From: Hemiscyllium ocellatum
Lineage: Eukaryota
Direction: 5' to 3'
DNA: 64,000 nucleotides
Assembly (NCBI RefSeq): GCF_020745735.1
Contig: NC_083447.1
Location: 11,550,035 to 11,614,034 of the forward strand
The notes beneath the pieces were generated by a model. That model ran no database searches. It saw nothing but the letters and a program-made list of their open reading frames with translations, and was not told the DNA's origin. Positions 39,531 through 53,176 of this stretch are shown one piece after another (the stretch's first letter is position 1; every line of letters starts with the position of its first letter). The translations under genes and the position numbers were made by a program.

Positions 39531-42322
39531 ATGACGCTGTGGCCATTTCAGAGACATGGATAGAGCCGGGTCAGGAATGAATGTTGCAGATTCCAGGGTT
39601 TTGATATTTCATTAAAATCAGGGAAGGCAGTTAAAGAGGGGGGAGGTGTGCCTTTTTTAGTAAAGGACAATATAACAGTGGCTGAAAGAACTTTTGACGA
39701 GGACTCGTCTACTGAGGTGGTAGGGGCTGAGGTTAGAAGCAGGAGAGGAGAGATCACACTGCTGGGAGTTTTTTATAGGCCTCCGCAAAGTTCCAGGGAT
39801 GTGAAGGAGAGGATTGGCAAAACGATCTTGGGCAAGAGAGAAAGGAACAGGGGTGGTCATTATGGGGGACTTTACCTTCCCCAGCATTAACTGGAAATGC
39901 TATAACTCTTGTACATCAGATGTATCAGTTCTTATCCAATGTGTGCAGATGGGTTTCCTGACACAGTATGTCAAAGGGCTGACAAGAAGGGAGGCCCCAC
40001 TGAATTCCTGAAGAAGGGCTAATGCCCGAAACGTTGAATCTCCTGTTCCTTGGATGCTGCCTGACCTGCTGCGCTTTTCCAGCCACACATTTTCAGCTCA
40101 CATTTACCATAGCCTTGGAGGGGGAAAGGAACAGTTACCAAGGGAAGATATTTATTTAGGGAAAAGGAAATTAGGACGCTATCAGACAAGAATTGGAAAG
40201 TACAGATTGGGAGCAATTGTTTCGCTGAAAGGGCACAACAGACTTGTGGAGACTGTTTAAGGAGCAGTTGTTGCAACTGATGCACAGATTTGTTCCTCTG
40301 AGATAGAGAAGAAGGGGGTAAGATTAAGGAACCTTGGATGATGAGAACAGAGGAGCTTCTCATCAAAAGGAAGAATGCAGTTTACGTAAGGTGGAGGAAG
40401 CAAGGATTTAGCACAGCTTTAGAGATTGCAGGCTTACTAGAAAGGAGCTCAGAAATGGACTGAAGAGAGCCAGGAGGGGACAAGAAAAAGACATGACAGG
40501 AAGGATTAGGGAGAACCCAAAGGGATTTTACTCATACGTGAGGAATAAGAGAATAATCAGGGAGAAGGTAGGGCCGATCAGGGATAGCAGAGGGAACTTG
40601 TGAGTGGAGTCTGAGCAGATAGGGGAAGCCCTAAATGAGTTTTTTGCTTCAGTTTTCACTAAGGAAAGAGACCTTGTTGTGGCTGAGAACTTTGAGGAGC
40701 TGGGAAACAAGTTTGAACAGATCAAGATTGAGGAAGTTGATGTGCTGGAAATGCTGGCAAACATTAAGATTGATCCGTCCGCAGGGCCAGACCAGATTTA
40801 TTCTAGGTTGCTCTGGGAAGCGAGACAGGAGGTTGCTAAGCCCCTGGTGAAGACTTATGCTTCCTCACTCTCCATGGGAATTGTACGGAGGATTGGAGGG
40901 AGGTGAATGTTGTTCCTCTTTTCAAGAAGGAGCATAGGGGAATCCATGGCAATTACAGACCAGTCAGTCTTACGTCTGTGGTCAGCAAGGTTTTGGAAAG
41001 AATTCTAAGGGATAGGATTTATGACTATTTGGAAAAACATTGCATGATTAAAGGCAGTCAGCATGGCTTTGTGAGGGGCAGGTCATGCCTCACAAATCTT
41101 ATTGAGTTCTTTGACAAGGTGATTATTCAGGTCAACGAAGGTCAAGCAGTGGATGTGGTGCATATTGACTTCAGCAAGGCATTTGATAAGGTTCCCCATG
41201 GTAGGCTCATTATGGGATACAGGGAGATTTGGCTGTCTGGATTCAGAATTGGTTGGCTGACAGAAGGCAGAGAGTGGTTGTAGATGGAAAGTATTCTGCC
41301 TGGAGGTCAGTGGTGAGTGGTGTCCTGCAGGGCTCTGTTCCTGGGCCTCTGCTCTTTTTAGGTTTTATAAATTACTTGGATGAGGAGGTTGAGGGGTGGG
41401 TTAGTAAATTTGCGGATGACAGAAAGGTTGGAGGTGCCGTGCCCGTTGATAGTATCGAGGGCAATTGCAGGCTACAGCATGGCATTGACAGGATGCAGAG
41501 TTGGGCTGAGAAATGGCAGATGGAGTTCAACCTGGATAAATGTGAAGTGATGCATTTTGGAAGGTCGAACTTGAATGCTGAATATTGGATTAAAGACAGG
41601 ATTCTTGGCAGTGTGGAGGAACAGAGGGATCTTGATGTTCAAGTGCATAGATCCTCCAAAGTTGCCACCCAAGTGAATAGGGTTGTTAAAAAAGCATATG
41701 GTGTGTTGGTTTTCATTAACTAAGGGAATCGAGTTTCAGAGCCATGAGCCATTGCTGCAGCTCCACAAGACCCTGGTGAGACCACACTTGGAATATTGTG
41801 TCCAGTTCTGGTCACCCTACTATAGGAAAGATACAGAAGCTTTGGAGAGGGTGCAAAGAAGGGTTACCAGGATGCTGCCTGGACTGGAGGGCTTGTCTTA
41901 CGAAGAGAGGTTGACTAAACTTGGACTTTTCTCTCTGGAGAAAGAGGAAGAGAGGTGACCTGATCGAGGTGTACAAGTTAATAAGAGGAATGATAGAGTT
42001 AATAGCCAGAGAGTTTTCCCCAGAGCAGGATTGACTGGCACGAGGGGTCATAGTTTGAAGATATTAGGAGGAAGGTATAGAGGAGACGTCAGAGGTAGGT
42101 CCTTTACGCAGAGAGTTGTGAATGTGAGGAATGTGTTGCTAGTGGTGGTGGTGGAAGCAGAGTCATTGGGGACATTTAATTGAGTGCTGGACAAGCACAT
42201 GGACAGCAGTGAATTGAAGGGCATACAGGTTAGGTTATTTTATTTTAGATTAGGAATAATCCTCAGCACAACATTTTGGGCCGAAGGGCCTGTTCTGTGC
42301 TGTGCTTTTCTATGCTCTCTGT
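39530..42322 (+). mobile_element. CR1 LINE, ~2.8 kb, partial APE endonuclease plus RT with frameshifts
   Basis: LLGVFYRPP, IMGDFTFP, NYRPVSLTSVVSKVLE, QHGFVRGRSCLTNLIEFF, DFSKAFDKVPH, GVLQGSVPGP, KFADD and LVRPHLEYCVQFWSP; tail ctgttctgtgctgtgc..tctatg. Confidence 0.95.
40004..40039 (+). ncRNA. Minimal hammerhead ribozyme motif (family A) at the start of a ~95-bp pLTR fragment inside the CR1
   Basis: ATTC-CTGAAGA-A-GGGC-TAAT-GCCC-GAAA-C-GTT-GAAT, with a 4-bp stem I and 4-bp stem II. Confidence 0.7.
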
Positions 42323-42323
42323 T

Positions 42324-43052
42324 CTAAATGTGAGGTGATTCATTTTGGGAAGAATAACAAGAAGGCAGAATACTGGGTGAATGGAAAGATTCTTGGTAGT
42401 GTGGATGTGCAGAAAGACCTTGGTATCCATGTACATAGGTCCCTGAAAGTTGCCACCCAGGTTGATAGTGCTGATAAGAAGGCATACGGTATGTTAGATT
42501 TTATTGGTAGAGGGATTGAGTTCCGGAGCTGTGATGTCATGCTGCAATTATACAAAATGCTAGTGTGGCCTCACTTGGAGTAATGTCTACCGTTCTGGTC
42601 GCCTCATCACGGGAAGGATGTAGAAGCATTGAAAAAGCTGCAGAGGAGATTTACCAGGATGTTGCCTGGTCTAGAGCGAAGGTCTTATGAAGCAAGGCTG
42701 AGGGGACTTGGGTCTGTTCTCATTCGAGAGAAGGCTAAGAAGGGATTTAATACAGATATACAAGATGATCAGAGGATTACATAGGGTGGACAGTGAGAGC
42801 CTTTTTCCTAGGGTGATGATGTTGGCTTGTACGAGGGGACATAGTTGCAAATTATGGGGTGATATTTTAAGACAGATGTCAAAGGCAGGTTCTTTACTCA
42901 GAGAGTGGTAAGGACATGGAATGCCCTGCTTGCCAATGTAGTTAACTCATCCACATTAAACTGTGTTTGGATAAGAATATGGATGATGATGGGATAGCTT
43001 AGATTAATTCACAGGTCAGCGCAACATTAAGGGCCTGTTCTGTGTTGTGTTA
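42324..43052 (+). mobile_element. Second, 5'-truncated CR1 directly abutting the first
   Basis: KCEVIHFG...KDLGIHVHRSLKVATQV...LYKMLVWPHLE, with its own 3' tail. Confidence 0.9.
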
Positions 43053-43770
43053 TGGTGTGGGGGTGGATGATGTGTGTGTGTGGGGGGGGGGGGCGGGGGG
43101 AAGGGGTGGATGATGTGGCATGGGGAGGGGGAGGGGTGGATGATGTGGGGTGAGAGGAAATGGGAAATGATGATGTAACTGGTTTATGATGGGGGTAGGA
43201 GATGGGTTGGATGATGTTGGGAGGGAAGGAGATGGGCGACAGGTATGATTATGTGGGGGGGAGAGGTGATAATGGGTGCTTGTATGTGGGAGGGATGGTG
43301 GGGAAATGGAAACAGGAATAAAGATTGGACAGGAGATGGGGAGATGTTGATTGGGGATGGGAAGATTGAGATGATTGGGAGGGTGTGATATAAGAGATTT
43401 GGGATGGAAAATATAACTGGTGATAGCAAGGGGATGATGGGTGAATGGGAAGCATGTCTGATGGACGGGCAGGGGATTATGGTGGAGAAGGAAATAATGG
43501 ATGGGGTGAATGATGAACAGGTATGGGAATGGGTGGTGAATGAGGCAGTGGGTAAGGGGCTGACGTAGGGGGAACGGTGGATGGATATGTTGAAGATGTA
43601 GAGAAGGGAGATGTTGAAGAGGAGTGAAGAGTATGAAGGGGGGGTGGTGGTGACACTAAAGATTTTGGGACAAAGGGCTTAATGATGGAGAAGGCAGGAT
43701 GGTGGTGGAGTGGGATGATGTTGTGCAGAGAGGGAATGATTGAAGTCAGGTGAAATGAGGGAAGTGGTGA
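43053..43770. repeat. G/A-rich low-complexity tract, part 2
   Basis: Same composition as 35826-39530; resumes right after the CR1 pair. Confidence 0.85.
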
Positions 43771-45304
43771 TGTCCGAACACTTATCCAGCCCTGTTAGTT
43801 TTAGTTTTTTTTAAAATAGATGTTGCACTTAAGATTCTGGATTGCAAAAAATTGTACTTGAACTTCACTGATTTCAGATTAATCTAATTAGTACACTTGT
43901 TTGCTGACTTTATTTTGTCTTCTCTATATTTCCGTATTTAAATAATTGAAATGTTAATTTAATGGAATTCAGAAATCTTTAATATTGCTATTCTTTATGT
44001 AGTTGCCTCCACATTCAGTATTACCTGCAAATTTGTAATAGTAATTATTGTTTTCCAGTACCTGGAAAGTACTGTGCCATGTGGAACGCTGCTGTCTACC
44101 ATCCTCCAGTCTGAAAAACAGCCATTTGCCATGACTTGCAGTTTCCTGACCTTCAGCTGATTTGCCCTCCAAAGCTGATACTGACCATCCTGTGACATGG
44201 GCCTTCTGTTTTGTTAACCCAAGCCTTTTGCGTGCCAACTTGGCAAACGCATTCTTGGAATCCCTTCATCACTACTCGCTGTGAGATAAAGAGTATGACG
44301 CAACTGAGAAACGTATGATGCACGTCAGGTGAGTTCTCCAAGCAAGAACTAGCCAAAGAAAGGAATTGTACTTAGTGGATAGCTCACCTGGCCTGAATGA
44401 AACAGACAGTGAAGATCGCAGACGGGCTTGTGTACCCTTCCAGTCTCCCAAGAGAAGGTCCCAAAGAGTCGAAGAGTGGCAAATGTTCAAGGAAAAGTGT
44501 AAGGGCATTCCTTGTAAGGATAGGCCTATCAGTTTAACATCAATGTTTGGTAAAGTTTTACAGTGATAGAGGGAAAAATAATCCGGCACTTTCAGAATTT
44601 GACTTTAAGGAAAGCCTGTACAGATTCATAAAACATTGCTGCCAAATGGGACTAGATTAAGTTAGGATATCTGGTCAGCATGAACAAGTTGGACTGAAGG
44701 GTCTGTTTCCGTGCTGTACAACTCTAAAATGCAAATTGCACTCAAGTAATTGATTTTTGTTTTGAGAAAGCAACAGTGAATGTTGATGAGGGAAAGCAGT
44801 GGATGCTGTCGAAATGAATTTCTAGCAAGTGTCTGACAAGGTGGAGGCTGATGGAATTGGAGGGTCAGTGTCAGACTGGAAATAAATTTTGGCTGGGGGC
44901 AGAAAGCAGCAAGCCCTGGTACACAGTCGTTTTTCAGACTGGAGGCTACAGGACTGTGACTCTATCTCAAATGAAAGGCAATGTAGCACTCCATTGGTAC
45001 TGTGCTGAAACACAGGGGGAGGATTTGCATTCACTCGAGACTCAAATCTCTGGTTCAGATGAGAGTGTTCATCACTCTGCTCTTTGCTTTCTAGGAATAA
45101 GTCTGAACTAAACACTGGACCATTTCCGTTCAGATCTCATTTGCTTTACGACTTACTCAGCCTGGATTCAATGGCTTCCTTCTCTGCCCAATGGGAAAAA
45201 GAAATGGGATTACTGTAGTTCAGTTTCGGAAACCTGATCACCATGGATGAGTTGGGCTGTATGATTCTGACACTAATTGTGCCTCCCCCATGTCTGCTTA
45301 ATGT

Positions 45305-45623
45305 TTGATTAGATTAGATTAGACTTACAGTGTGGAAACAGGCCCTTCGGCCCAACAAGTCCACACCGACCCGCCGAAGCGCAACCCACCCATATCCCCA
45401 CATTTACCCCCCACCTAACACTACGGGCAATTTAGCTTGGCCAATTCACCTGACCCGCACATCTTTGGACTGTGGGAGGAAACCGGAGCACCCGGAGGAA
45501 ACCCACGCAGACACGGGGAGAACGTGCAAACTCCACACAGTCAGTCGCCTGAGTCGGGAATTGAACCCGGGTCTACAGGCGCTGTGAGGCAGCAGTGCTA
45601 ACCACTGTGCCACCGTGCCGCCC
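45305..45623 (-). mobile_element. Full-length, young-looking HE1-like V-SINE
   Basis: Minus strand GGGCGGCACGG-TGGCACAGTGG (A box)...GGTTCAATTCC (B box), complete V-domain, retained CpGs and (tctaa)n tail. Confidence 0.9.
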
Positions 45624-47629
45624 GTGTCTTTTATATTATTAAAGCACACAGAACTAATTCCTCAGGCACCACTTCTGATGTCACTTTCTTGTTCAAAGCT
45701 CTCAGGATTATGCTTCTATCAAGGGAGGTCTCCCCAAGTTGCTCCCTTTCCTGTCAGTTTTTCCGACTCCCCTCATCCCTCAGATCTTCTCAACCCCACT
45801 GTTATATCCTCTCCCTCCCTCCCTAGCAACACTGGGTGTGCCATGCACTGCAGCTTTCTAAGAAGACAGCTCACCATCGCCTCAAGAGCTATGAGGGATG
45901 GGCAATAAGCAAAATCAAATCCCTTGAATAAAAAGGGACTTCTGTTCCTCATTCCCAAGAAGGACACGGGGAGGGTAAATCCATTAGTCTGTTTGCACAT
46001 GATTTGGTTCTACTGAGATGAACAGTCAGTTTAGGAATCGTTGCCTTTTAACAATGGCTGCATTTTAAACTTATTTGAAAGGTGAACATAGAGTCATACA
46101 GCCTGGAGACAGATCCTTCAGTCCATGCCGGCCATTATCCCAAACTAAACTGTCCTACCTGCTGCTCCTGGCCCCATATCCCTCCAGACCTTTCTTATTC
46201 ATATACTCACCCAAGTATCTTTTAAATGTTGTAACTGTACCCACATCCACCACTTCCTCAGGAAGTTCATTCCACTCCCAAACCACCGTCTGTGTAAAAC
46301 ATTTGCCCATCATGTCCTCTTTAAAATCTCTCTCCTCTCACCTTAAAGATGTGCCCCCCCCAGTCTAGAAATCCCCCATTGTAGGAAAAATTCTGTGGAT
46401 CCTATCTGTACCTTTCATGATTTTACAAACCTCTAAGTCAACTCTGGCTGTTTGTCAGGAATACCAAATGACTAACATCTGGGCTAAGGTGCCCATAGGA
46501 ACTGTCATTGCTTGCAAAATAAAATGTGGAAGAAATGCAGCTGGTAGTTTCCTATGAAATGGCTAGATAAAGCAGGCAGGCAGTTAAAATGATAGCACTA
46601 TATGAGAGCAGTGGACCATTTAGCCCTAAGACTACTCTGCTATTTAATAGTTGAGTGACCCTTCAACACCATGTTCTATGTTGTTTCAACATCTGAACTC
46701 TGTTCGCGCCCAGAAATCTCCCAAGCTCAATCTTGCATATTTGCAACACTCCAGCCCTCTCAGGCAGAGTATTTTCAAGATTCACAGCCTACTGGGTGAA
46801 GCAATTTCATCTCATCTGTGTGTGAAACAAATACTCAATCTCACATGTGCAACATCTGCTCACTATAACTCCCGGCTAAGGCAGGTTAAAGAAAAGTAAC
46901 TCCCACCAGTGTTAGAAACATATTTTAAATATTTTAATAAAGGAAAAACCAGTCATTTGTTATCATTTTCAAATTACAGCATGGACAATATTTATGGCCC
47001 AAGGTAATGCTACCAAATGTAGTGCATCACAGCTCAGTTTCTGGTAGAACACCGTGATTAAGTGCAAATAAAAAAATAGCGGCCGTCAACGCTCCATTGG
47101 CCCACTTTACAAACAGCGTCAGACAAATTGTTCAGTCAAGGCCTCAATTCTTCAAATGCTTTTCCATATTGTATTGGAGAGAAACTTTCCCAAATACCAG
47201 GACTTCATCCAAATCCTATTCCAGATGCTCATAATTTGTATTGCTGTCCTCGTACATGATACTGTGATAAGAATTACACTGATTGCCCTGTCTTTAATTA
47301 GTTTCTTTGTCTATGTACATAATATATAATAATCTATCTGGAGTAAGACACTGATAAAGCTTCCTGCTCTGCTCGCTGGGTTACATTTTAGACTGTAAAG
47401 TTACATAAATTAGATGTGATTTGAGGTTCAAACTCCACCGAGGGATTTAGGTTCAATCTATTAATAAATAAAGGAGTTTGTTTGCACCAGTCATGGGTGA
47501 ACAATTTGGGGATTCCTTATCCCAAAACTGGGAATGTCAGTGCATCAGCAGCTTCGACAGTCAACAGGCGAGTACTGAAATACTGGCAGTGCCCACTTGA
47601 CAGAAAGTACGTTTGCACCAGAGGTCCAG

Positions 47630-47683
47630 TTACACCACCGTTCCACTTGGCGAATTAGCCTGATTCTGTGCCGACAACAAACC
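47630..47683 (-). CDS. DMWD: DMWD/WDR20-family exon 4 (terminal, 17 aa plus stop)
   Basis: tgtgtttttag|GLLSAQNQANSPSGTVV*; the SPSGTVV ending is characteristic of WDR20/DMWD. Confidence 0.9.
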   Translation of the reverse strand, partial: GLLSAQNQANSPSGTVV

Positions 47684-50600
47684 CTAAAAACACAGAACAT
47701 ACGCTGGTTATCACAATGCAACGGACAACAAAGGAGACCACAACCGTGAAAATTAACATCAGAGAGGTATGGCACAGAAGATTTTTGTCTTGGAAATTTG
47801 GAGCTCAATTACAATTCAAAAGAGAACCAAGGAAGAAAACAAGAAGAAATTGACATCAGGAAGCAGGATTAATTTGATAGCTCTTTCAAAGAGCTAACAC
47901 CAGCACAATGGGGAAAATGGCCTTCTTCACTGTATGATTCCACAAGCACTAAATGATAACCATTGATCCAGGACCCATCAAATCTGGGAAAAAGGGGAAG
48001 GGTTTAAAAGAAAACAAATGGAGCTGATGTGGGAAAATAATATTGAGGTGCACAATCCAGTTAAATGGCACAGCAAGCCCTGCTCTCCTGAACCACCACC
48101 CAGGAGACAGGGCTTGTTTAGAGAGTATTTACCTACACCTATAATGTGCATTCACTGACACCAAGTGCCATCCTAAAGTTTTAAATGACATTAAAAAATG
48201 AAAGCTACACTGTTCCCTTCAAATAAATGTTCCCATTGGTTACATAGAGAAGCGTGATAAGGAAATGTCAAAGTGGATGATCCCAACTAACAATGAAGAG
48301 AAACGAAGAGTGAGACATTAAGCAATAATGAGGCACAGTTATTCAGGTTTCTCAGAATAGAGACAGGAGACAGACAGCAAGACATCTTGGGCCAAATGGA
48401 GGGGTGACAAGGGATTGATGGGAAATCTCTGACAAAGGTACAAGGACGTTAAGGTGCCAAAGGAGGGACTGTGGTGGAATATGGGGATGTGTAAACACAG
48501 CAGCAAATTTCCACTGAATATACTAAACTATACTAATCACCAATGACCCATATTTAACCCATAGTCAGAAAAATACTAGCTAGAGCTCTGATAGCCAAGT
48601 CAAGTCCTGATGGCAAGGCCTTACAAAGAATTCAGTGAGAAGAGGGGAGAGTCAGTGTGAGCTGCAATACACCATGCACACCACCATTTAGGATTATTCT
48701 TTTAATATTCACTCCCCTCCAATGCACAGTAGCAGCAGTGTGCACCATCTATAAGATACACTGCACTAGTTCAGCAGGGATTTTCTGACAGCATCTTCTA
48801 AATCTGCAGGCTCCACGCCCGAGGTGAACATTAGCAGCAGACACCTGGGAACACGATCCTCTCCAAGACTCCCACCATCATGAAGTAGAAATATATCACC
48901 GTTCCTTCATTGTCCTGGGGTCAAAATCCTGGAACTCCCTCTCTAACAGACTGTCGGTCTCCCTCCACCATATGGACAGCAATGGTTCACAAGGCAGCTC
49001 ACCGCCATCTTCTCAAGGGGCAATTAGGGATGGTCAAGAAACGCTTGGCCTTGCCAGCAACACCTGCATACCCTGAACAATTTTTTCAGAAGTACCAGAG
49101 TGTTGTGTTCAGGTTTAGACACATTAGGAAGGATATAGAGTCATAGAAATGTACAGCATGGAAACAGATCCTTTGGTCCAACTCGTCCATGCCGACCAGA
49201 TACCGCAACCTAATCTAGTCCCACCCGGCCCATATCCCTCCAAACCCTTCCTATTCATATATTCATCCAGATACCTTTTAAATGTTACAATTGTACCAGC
49301 CTCTACCACTTCCTCTGGCAGCTCGTTCCATACACGTACCACTCTCAGTGAAAAAGTTGCCCCTTAGGTCTCTTTTATATCTTTCCCCTCTCACCCTAAA
49401 CCTATGCCCTCTAGTTCTGGACTCCCCCACCCCAGGGAAAACACTTTGTCTATTTATATTGGTCTCGGAAGGAGTGCGGCACAAATTACCAGAATTATAT
49501 CTCAATCTTTCAAAGATTAAATTAAGATGAGAGTTTACATCAGCTGTGGTAACATTCCCAAGAATTTGGAAGATAACAGAACAATTTGAACAGAGTTTGC
49601 AAGATATTAAGGGGAAGTGATCAGGTAGATGGAATGGTACGATTCCCACTTGTTGGGAGATTTAGGAACTGTAGGAATCACCTGAAATTTAAGGCCTGAT
49701 TGTTCAGGAATTAAAAATACTTCTACACAGAGGGTGGTAGAAACTTGGAACTGACTCCTGCAAATGACAATTGATTCAAGATATAAATTTTAAATGAGAT
49801 TGATAGTTTTTTATAACCAAAGTTATTCAGGAATGTGGTAAGAGACTATATACAGTACTGTGTATGGAGTTAGATGCATATGTTACTGACTGGGGAAAAA
49901 AACTTGAGAGCTGTTCCTATAACTGGAGTTGGGGAACTAGACTAAGGAGAGCACCTTCAGGAAAGGATGGAGAATAAGAGTAGCAAAGAAGAAGATTCCC
50001 ATGCAAGTGTCTAGTAAATGGAGCAAGGAATCAGGGTATAATTACATTTTATTCGATATACTGAACAAACGTGCATTAGAGAATAAATTAATCTCATCCC
50101 CCTTCTCTCTCTATTCCACAGTAAGATGCATACAAAATAAACCATTTGGCACCTCTAGTCATTTAATAAGATCACAATTGATCTATTTGTGTGCCAAATT
50201 TCACATTACCATCTACCCCTGATAAGCCTGGATTGCCCAAGAATCTATTCATTACTGTCTTAAAAATATTCAATGACCCATCTTCATGGGGTCATGGGTT
50301 TCAAAAGTGCCGTCAAAGGAATTTGGTAAATTTCTGCCGTACATCTTGTAGATGGTACACAATTAACGTGGGTGGTGGGAGGAGTGAGGATTTGTGAGTA
50401 TAGCACCAACCAAGCAGGCTGCTTTGTCAGTCAGTAGGTCATTAGCCTTCGTGATTATATGCTATACCTGAACATTAAGCTTTTGTGACTCGTGTGCTCA
50501 AACATCTTTGCACCTCAGAATTCCGCAGCCATTCTCCATTTTATTCGACCTGCCAAAGTGCACAATTCCACATTGTGCTTCATCTGTCAAATCCTTATAT

Positions 50601-51898
50601 ATTCTGCACACTTGCTAACCAAGATTGACTCCTGGTCAAATAATGTTTTGATATTAAAATTCTCATCGTTGCTTTCAAGTCACTGATGGTTCCAACCCCT
50701 TCCTATCACTGTGATCTCCTGCAGACCCACATATCCGCGGTAAACTAATTATGGTTTCTAATGCAATCCCGATTTTGACTGCCCGAGCAATGGCAGACAT
50801 ACTGTCATTGTCTGGGCTCTAAACTCTCAAATTCCATCCCTAAACGTTTCTTTTCTTCCTTGACTGTGCGCTTTCAGCAAGCTTTTTTTTGCCACCTGAC
50901 CTCATATCTCCACTCCATCAAAGAGGCATTTTATTTATAACTACAAATTGTTGTTCCAAGTTCAGAACCCCACCATCTGCGAGGGGAGGGCTTCACCCAT
51001 TATTTTCTGCTCCCTTTTGCTACTTCCGTAGCACTTCAGATGAACGACACTTACTTTTATAGCACCTTAAAAGGTGTGAGAAGTCGCAAGATACTTCACA
51101 CGAGCAAAATAAGGAGATAAATGATTGTGACCAATCATTTTTGTGGTCTTAGGAAGAAGAAATTTAAGGGTGCAATTCCAGTACTTAGGATATAGGCTTT
51201 CGGAGCAAAGAAAACCAGGAATATGCGAGGGACTAAAATGAGAAGATTGAAACAGCATGGGAGGGTAGTAGGGTTGGAGACGTTATGGAAAAATGGAGAT
51301 TGCATAACTATACAAAAATGCTTTAAGAAGACTCTTGTGGAGGAGTGGAAGCCAGAAAGACCATGTTCAACTTCTACCTACTCTGGAAATGTGTTATAAC
51401 CTTCCCAAACAGGTTGATTAAAATAACCGCACTGCTCCGAGAGCCTGCCTTTCCTGTTACAACTGTCCAGCACACACACAAAATCTTGAGCTCTTCCCAA
51501 ACAACGCTTTGTGATGGTTTATTAACACCTGACTTCCAATTATAACATTATTTCTCCAGCACCCTTAATGTAGGAAAACACTCTGTGGTGTTTCACAGGA
51601 GTGTCAGCAATCAAAATTAGACACCAAGCTGCATAAGAATATTTTTGGAGAGGTCAGTCAGAAGGGTGGGTTTTAAAAGCAGCTTTGAAACGAATGAGGG
51701 GAAAAGAGGTGGAGGACATAAGGGAAGAATTCCAGAGTTTAGGGCCTGTGCACTGAGGCACTGCCACCAATCATTAAAAATCCAAGGGTTCACCAATAGC
51801 CAGAACGGGAGGAGCACAGAGATCGCGGGAAGGTTTGAAGGCTGCAGGAGGTTACCGGGGTAACGGCCCTGGTCAGTCTCCATGCCTCCCATACTCAC

Positions 51899-53176
51899 CA
51901 CTTTACCTGGCCGTGCCCATGTGCAAATGAAGCCTTCTTGGCAAGCAGTGACTATGCAGTCCTCCAAGAATATCAACACCGTTAGTCTCTCGTGTGCGAT
52001 CTTTTTACAGACCAGAGGCTCCAGCAAGGGCACCTCGTCCATGCGGGGACACAAGGTGGTCCCCAAAGTCTTGGCAGTGTCAAGTTTGTTCCGCGTGACC
52101 AGGTTGAGCTTATCGTTGCTCTTGCTGATGACATGGCCAATGCTGTGGTTCCTCTTGTGCTCCTTCTCTGCGCTCTTGTCCTTGCGGTCGTGCAGCGTCA
52201 GCGTGGCAAACTTGCTGATGCTGAAGGGCACTCCCCCGTCCGTCGAGTGGGCCTTGCTGTTGGCGCTCGTGACGGCCGGGTGCGGAAGACTGTTCGACCG
52301 GGAGAGCGAGTGCGGAATGGAGTTGGCCACGTTGGCTTCCAGCGCGAGGCCGCTGGTGTGGCTTCCACAGCTCAGGGAGCTGGGCACGGTCGTGTTCACC
52401 ATGTTCGTGTGTGTCCGAGCTCGTGAGAGGGGCTGGTGGGGGAACAGAATGTCTTCCGTCAGGTCCCACAGACAAAACTGAGTGTCCTGCCCCACTGAGC
52501 CAAAGCGGTAAGTCACGTTCGTCGCCCGGCCGTCTGTGGAGTTGTGCTTGGACAGTCGGGATAAAGTGCTGTTGGTCCGATTGCGGCCGAGCGGGGCGTG
52601 CTCTTGAAAGTCCTCGTCGCTGCCGCTGAACTCGGGCTGCTCCCCGTCGTCCACGCTGCTCGTGTACGGGTCGAAGGCCACCACGCTGACCCAAGACTTG
52701 TGGCCGTGACCACGGGCGACCACCCGACAGTCCCAAAAGGACCAGACCGTCACCAGGTCGTCCTCCCCGCCCGTCACTATGTAGCGGCCGTCCGGGCTCC
52801 AGCACACGCACAGCAGCCCGCCAAAGTAGCTCTTCATTGCGCCGTACAGCTCCATCGAGTCGAAGTGGAAGACCCGCAGGCTGCCGTCCTGACTGGCACA
52901 CGCCACGTACTTGCCGTCGGGGGCAAAGGCGAACTCATGGAGGGCACCCTCCCCGACGGACCACTTCAGCAGCGGGTTGCGGCTCGACTTGCTTTTGCAG
53001 GTGTAGACGGCGAAGCCCGGCCCCTGCTTCAGCGGCTGGTAGTGAGGCGCGGTGGTGCCACACGGGTGCTCTACATTGTACAGGTAGAGGTTGCCACTGG
53101 TGTGGGCGACAAGGAAAAGACTCTCAGATTCCGGCATCCACTTCAAACAGGTCACCTTGGTCTTGTCGATGAACCT
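51899..53176 (-). CDS. DMWD: DMWD/WDR20-family exon 3 (1278 nt, WD40 repeats)
   Basis: RFIDKTKVTCLKWMPESESLF...MKSYFGGLLCVCWSPDG...GSVGQDTQFCLWDLTED...EPLVCKKIAHERLTVL...TWARPGKV|GTGAG; phase 0 at both ends. Confidence 0.9.

Noticed and set aside
35743-39557. Long Pro/His/Ser-rich ORFs (up to 378 aa) on the minus strand
   Set aside because: Open in several overlapping frames because the C/T-rich low-complexity strand rarely forms stops; no domain or splice structure.
40604-41958. Active LINE ORF2
   Set aside because: Broken into several frames by stops and frameshifts; the endonuclease region is truncated and interrupted.
45540-45623. tRNA gene
   Set aside because: A and B boxes belong to a SINE head that continues into the V-domain; no acceptor stem or T-run terminator.
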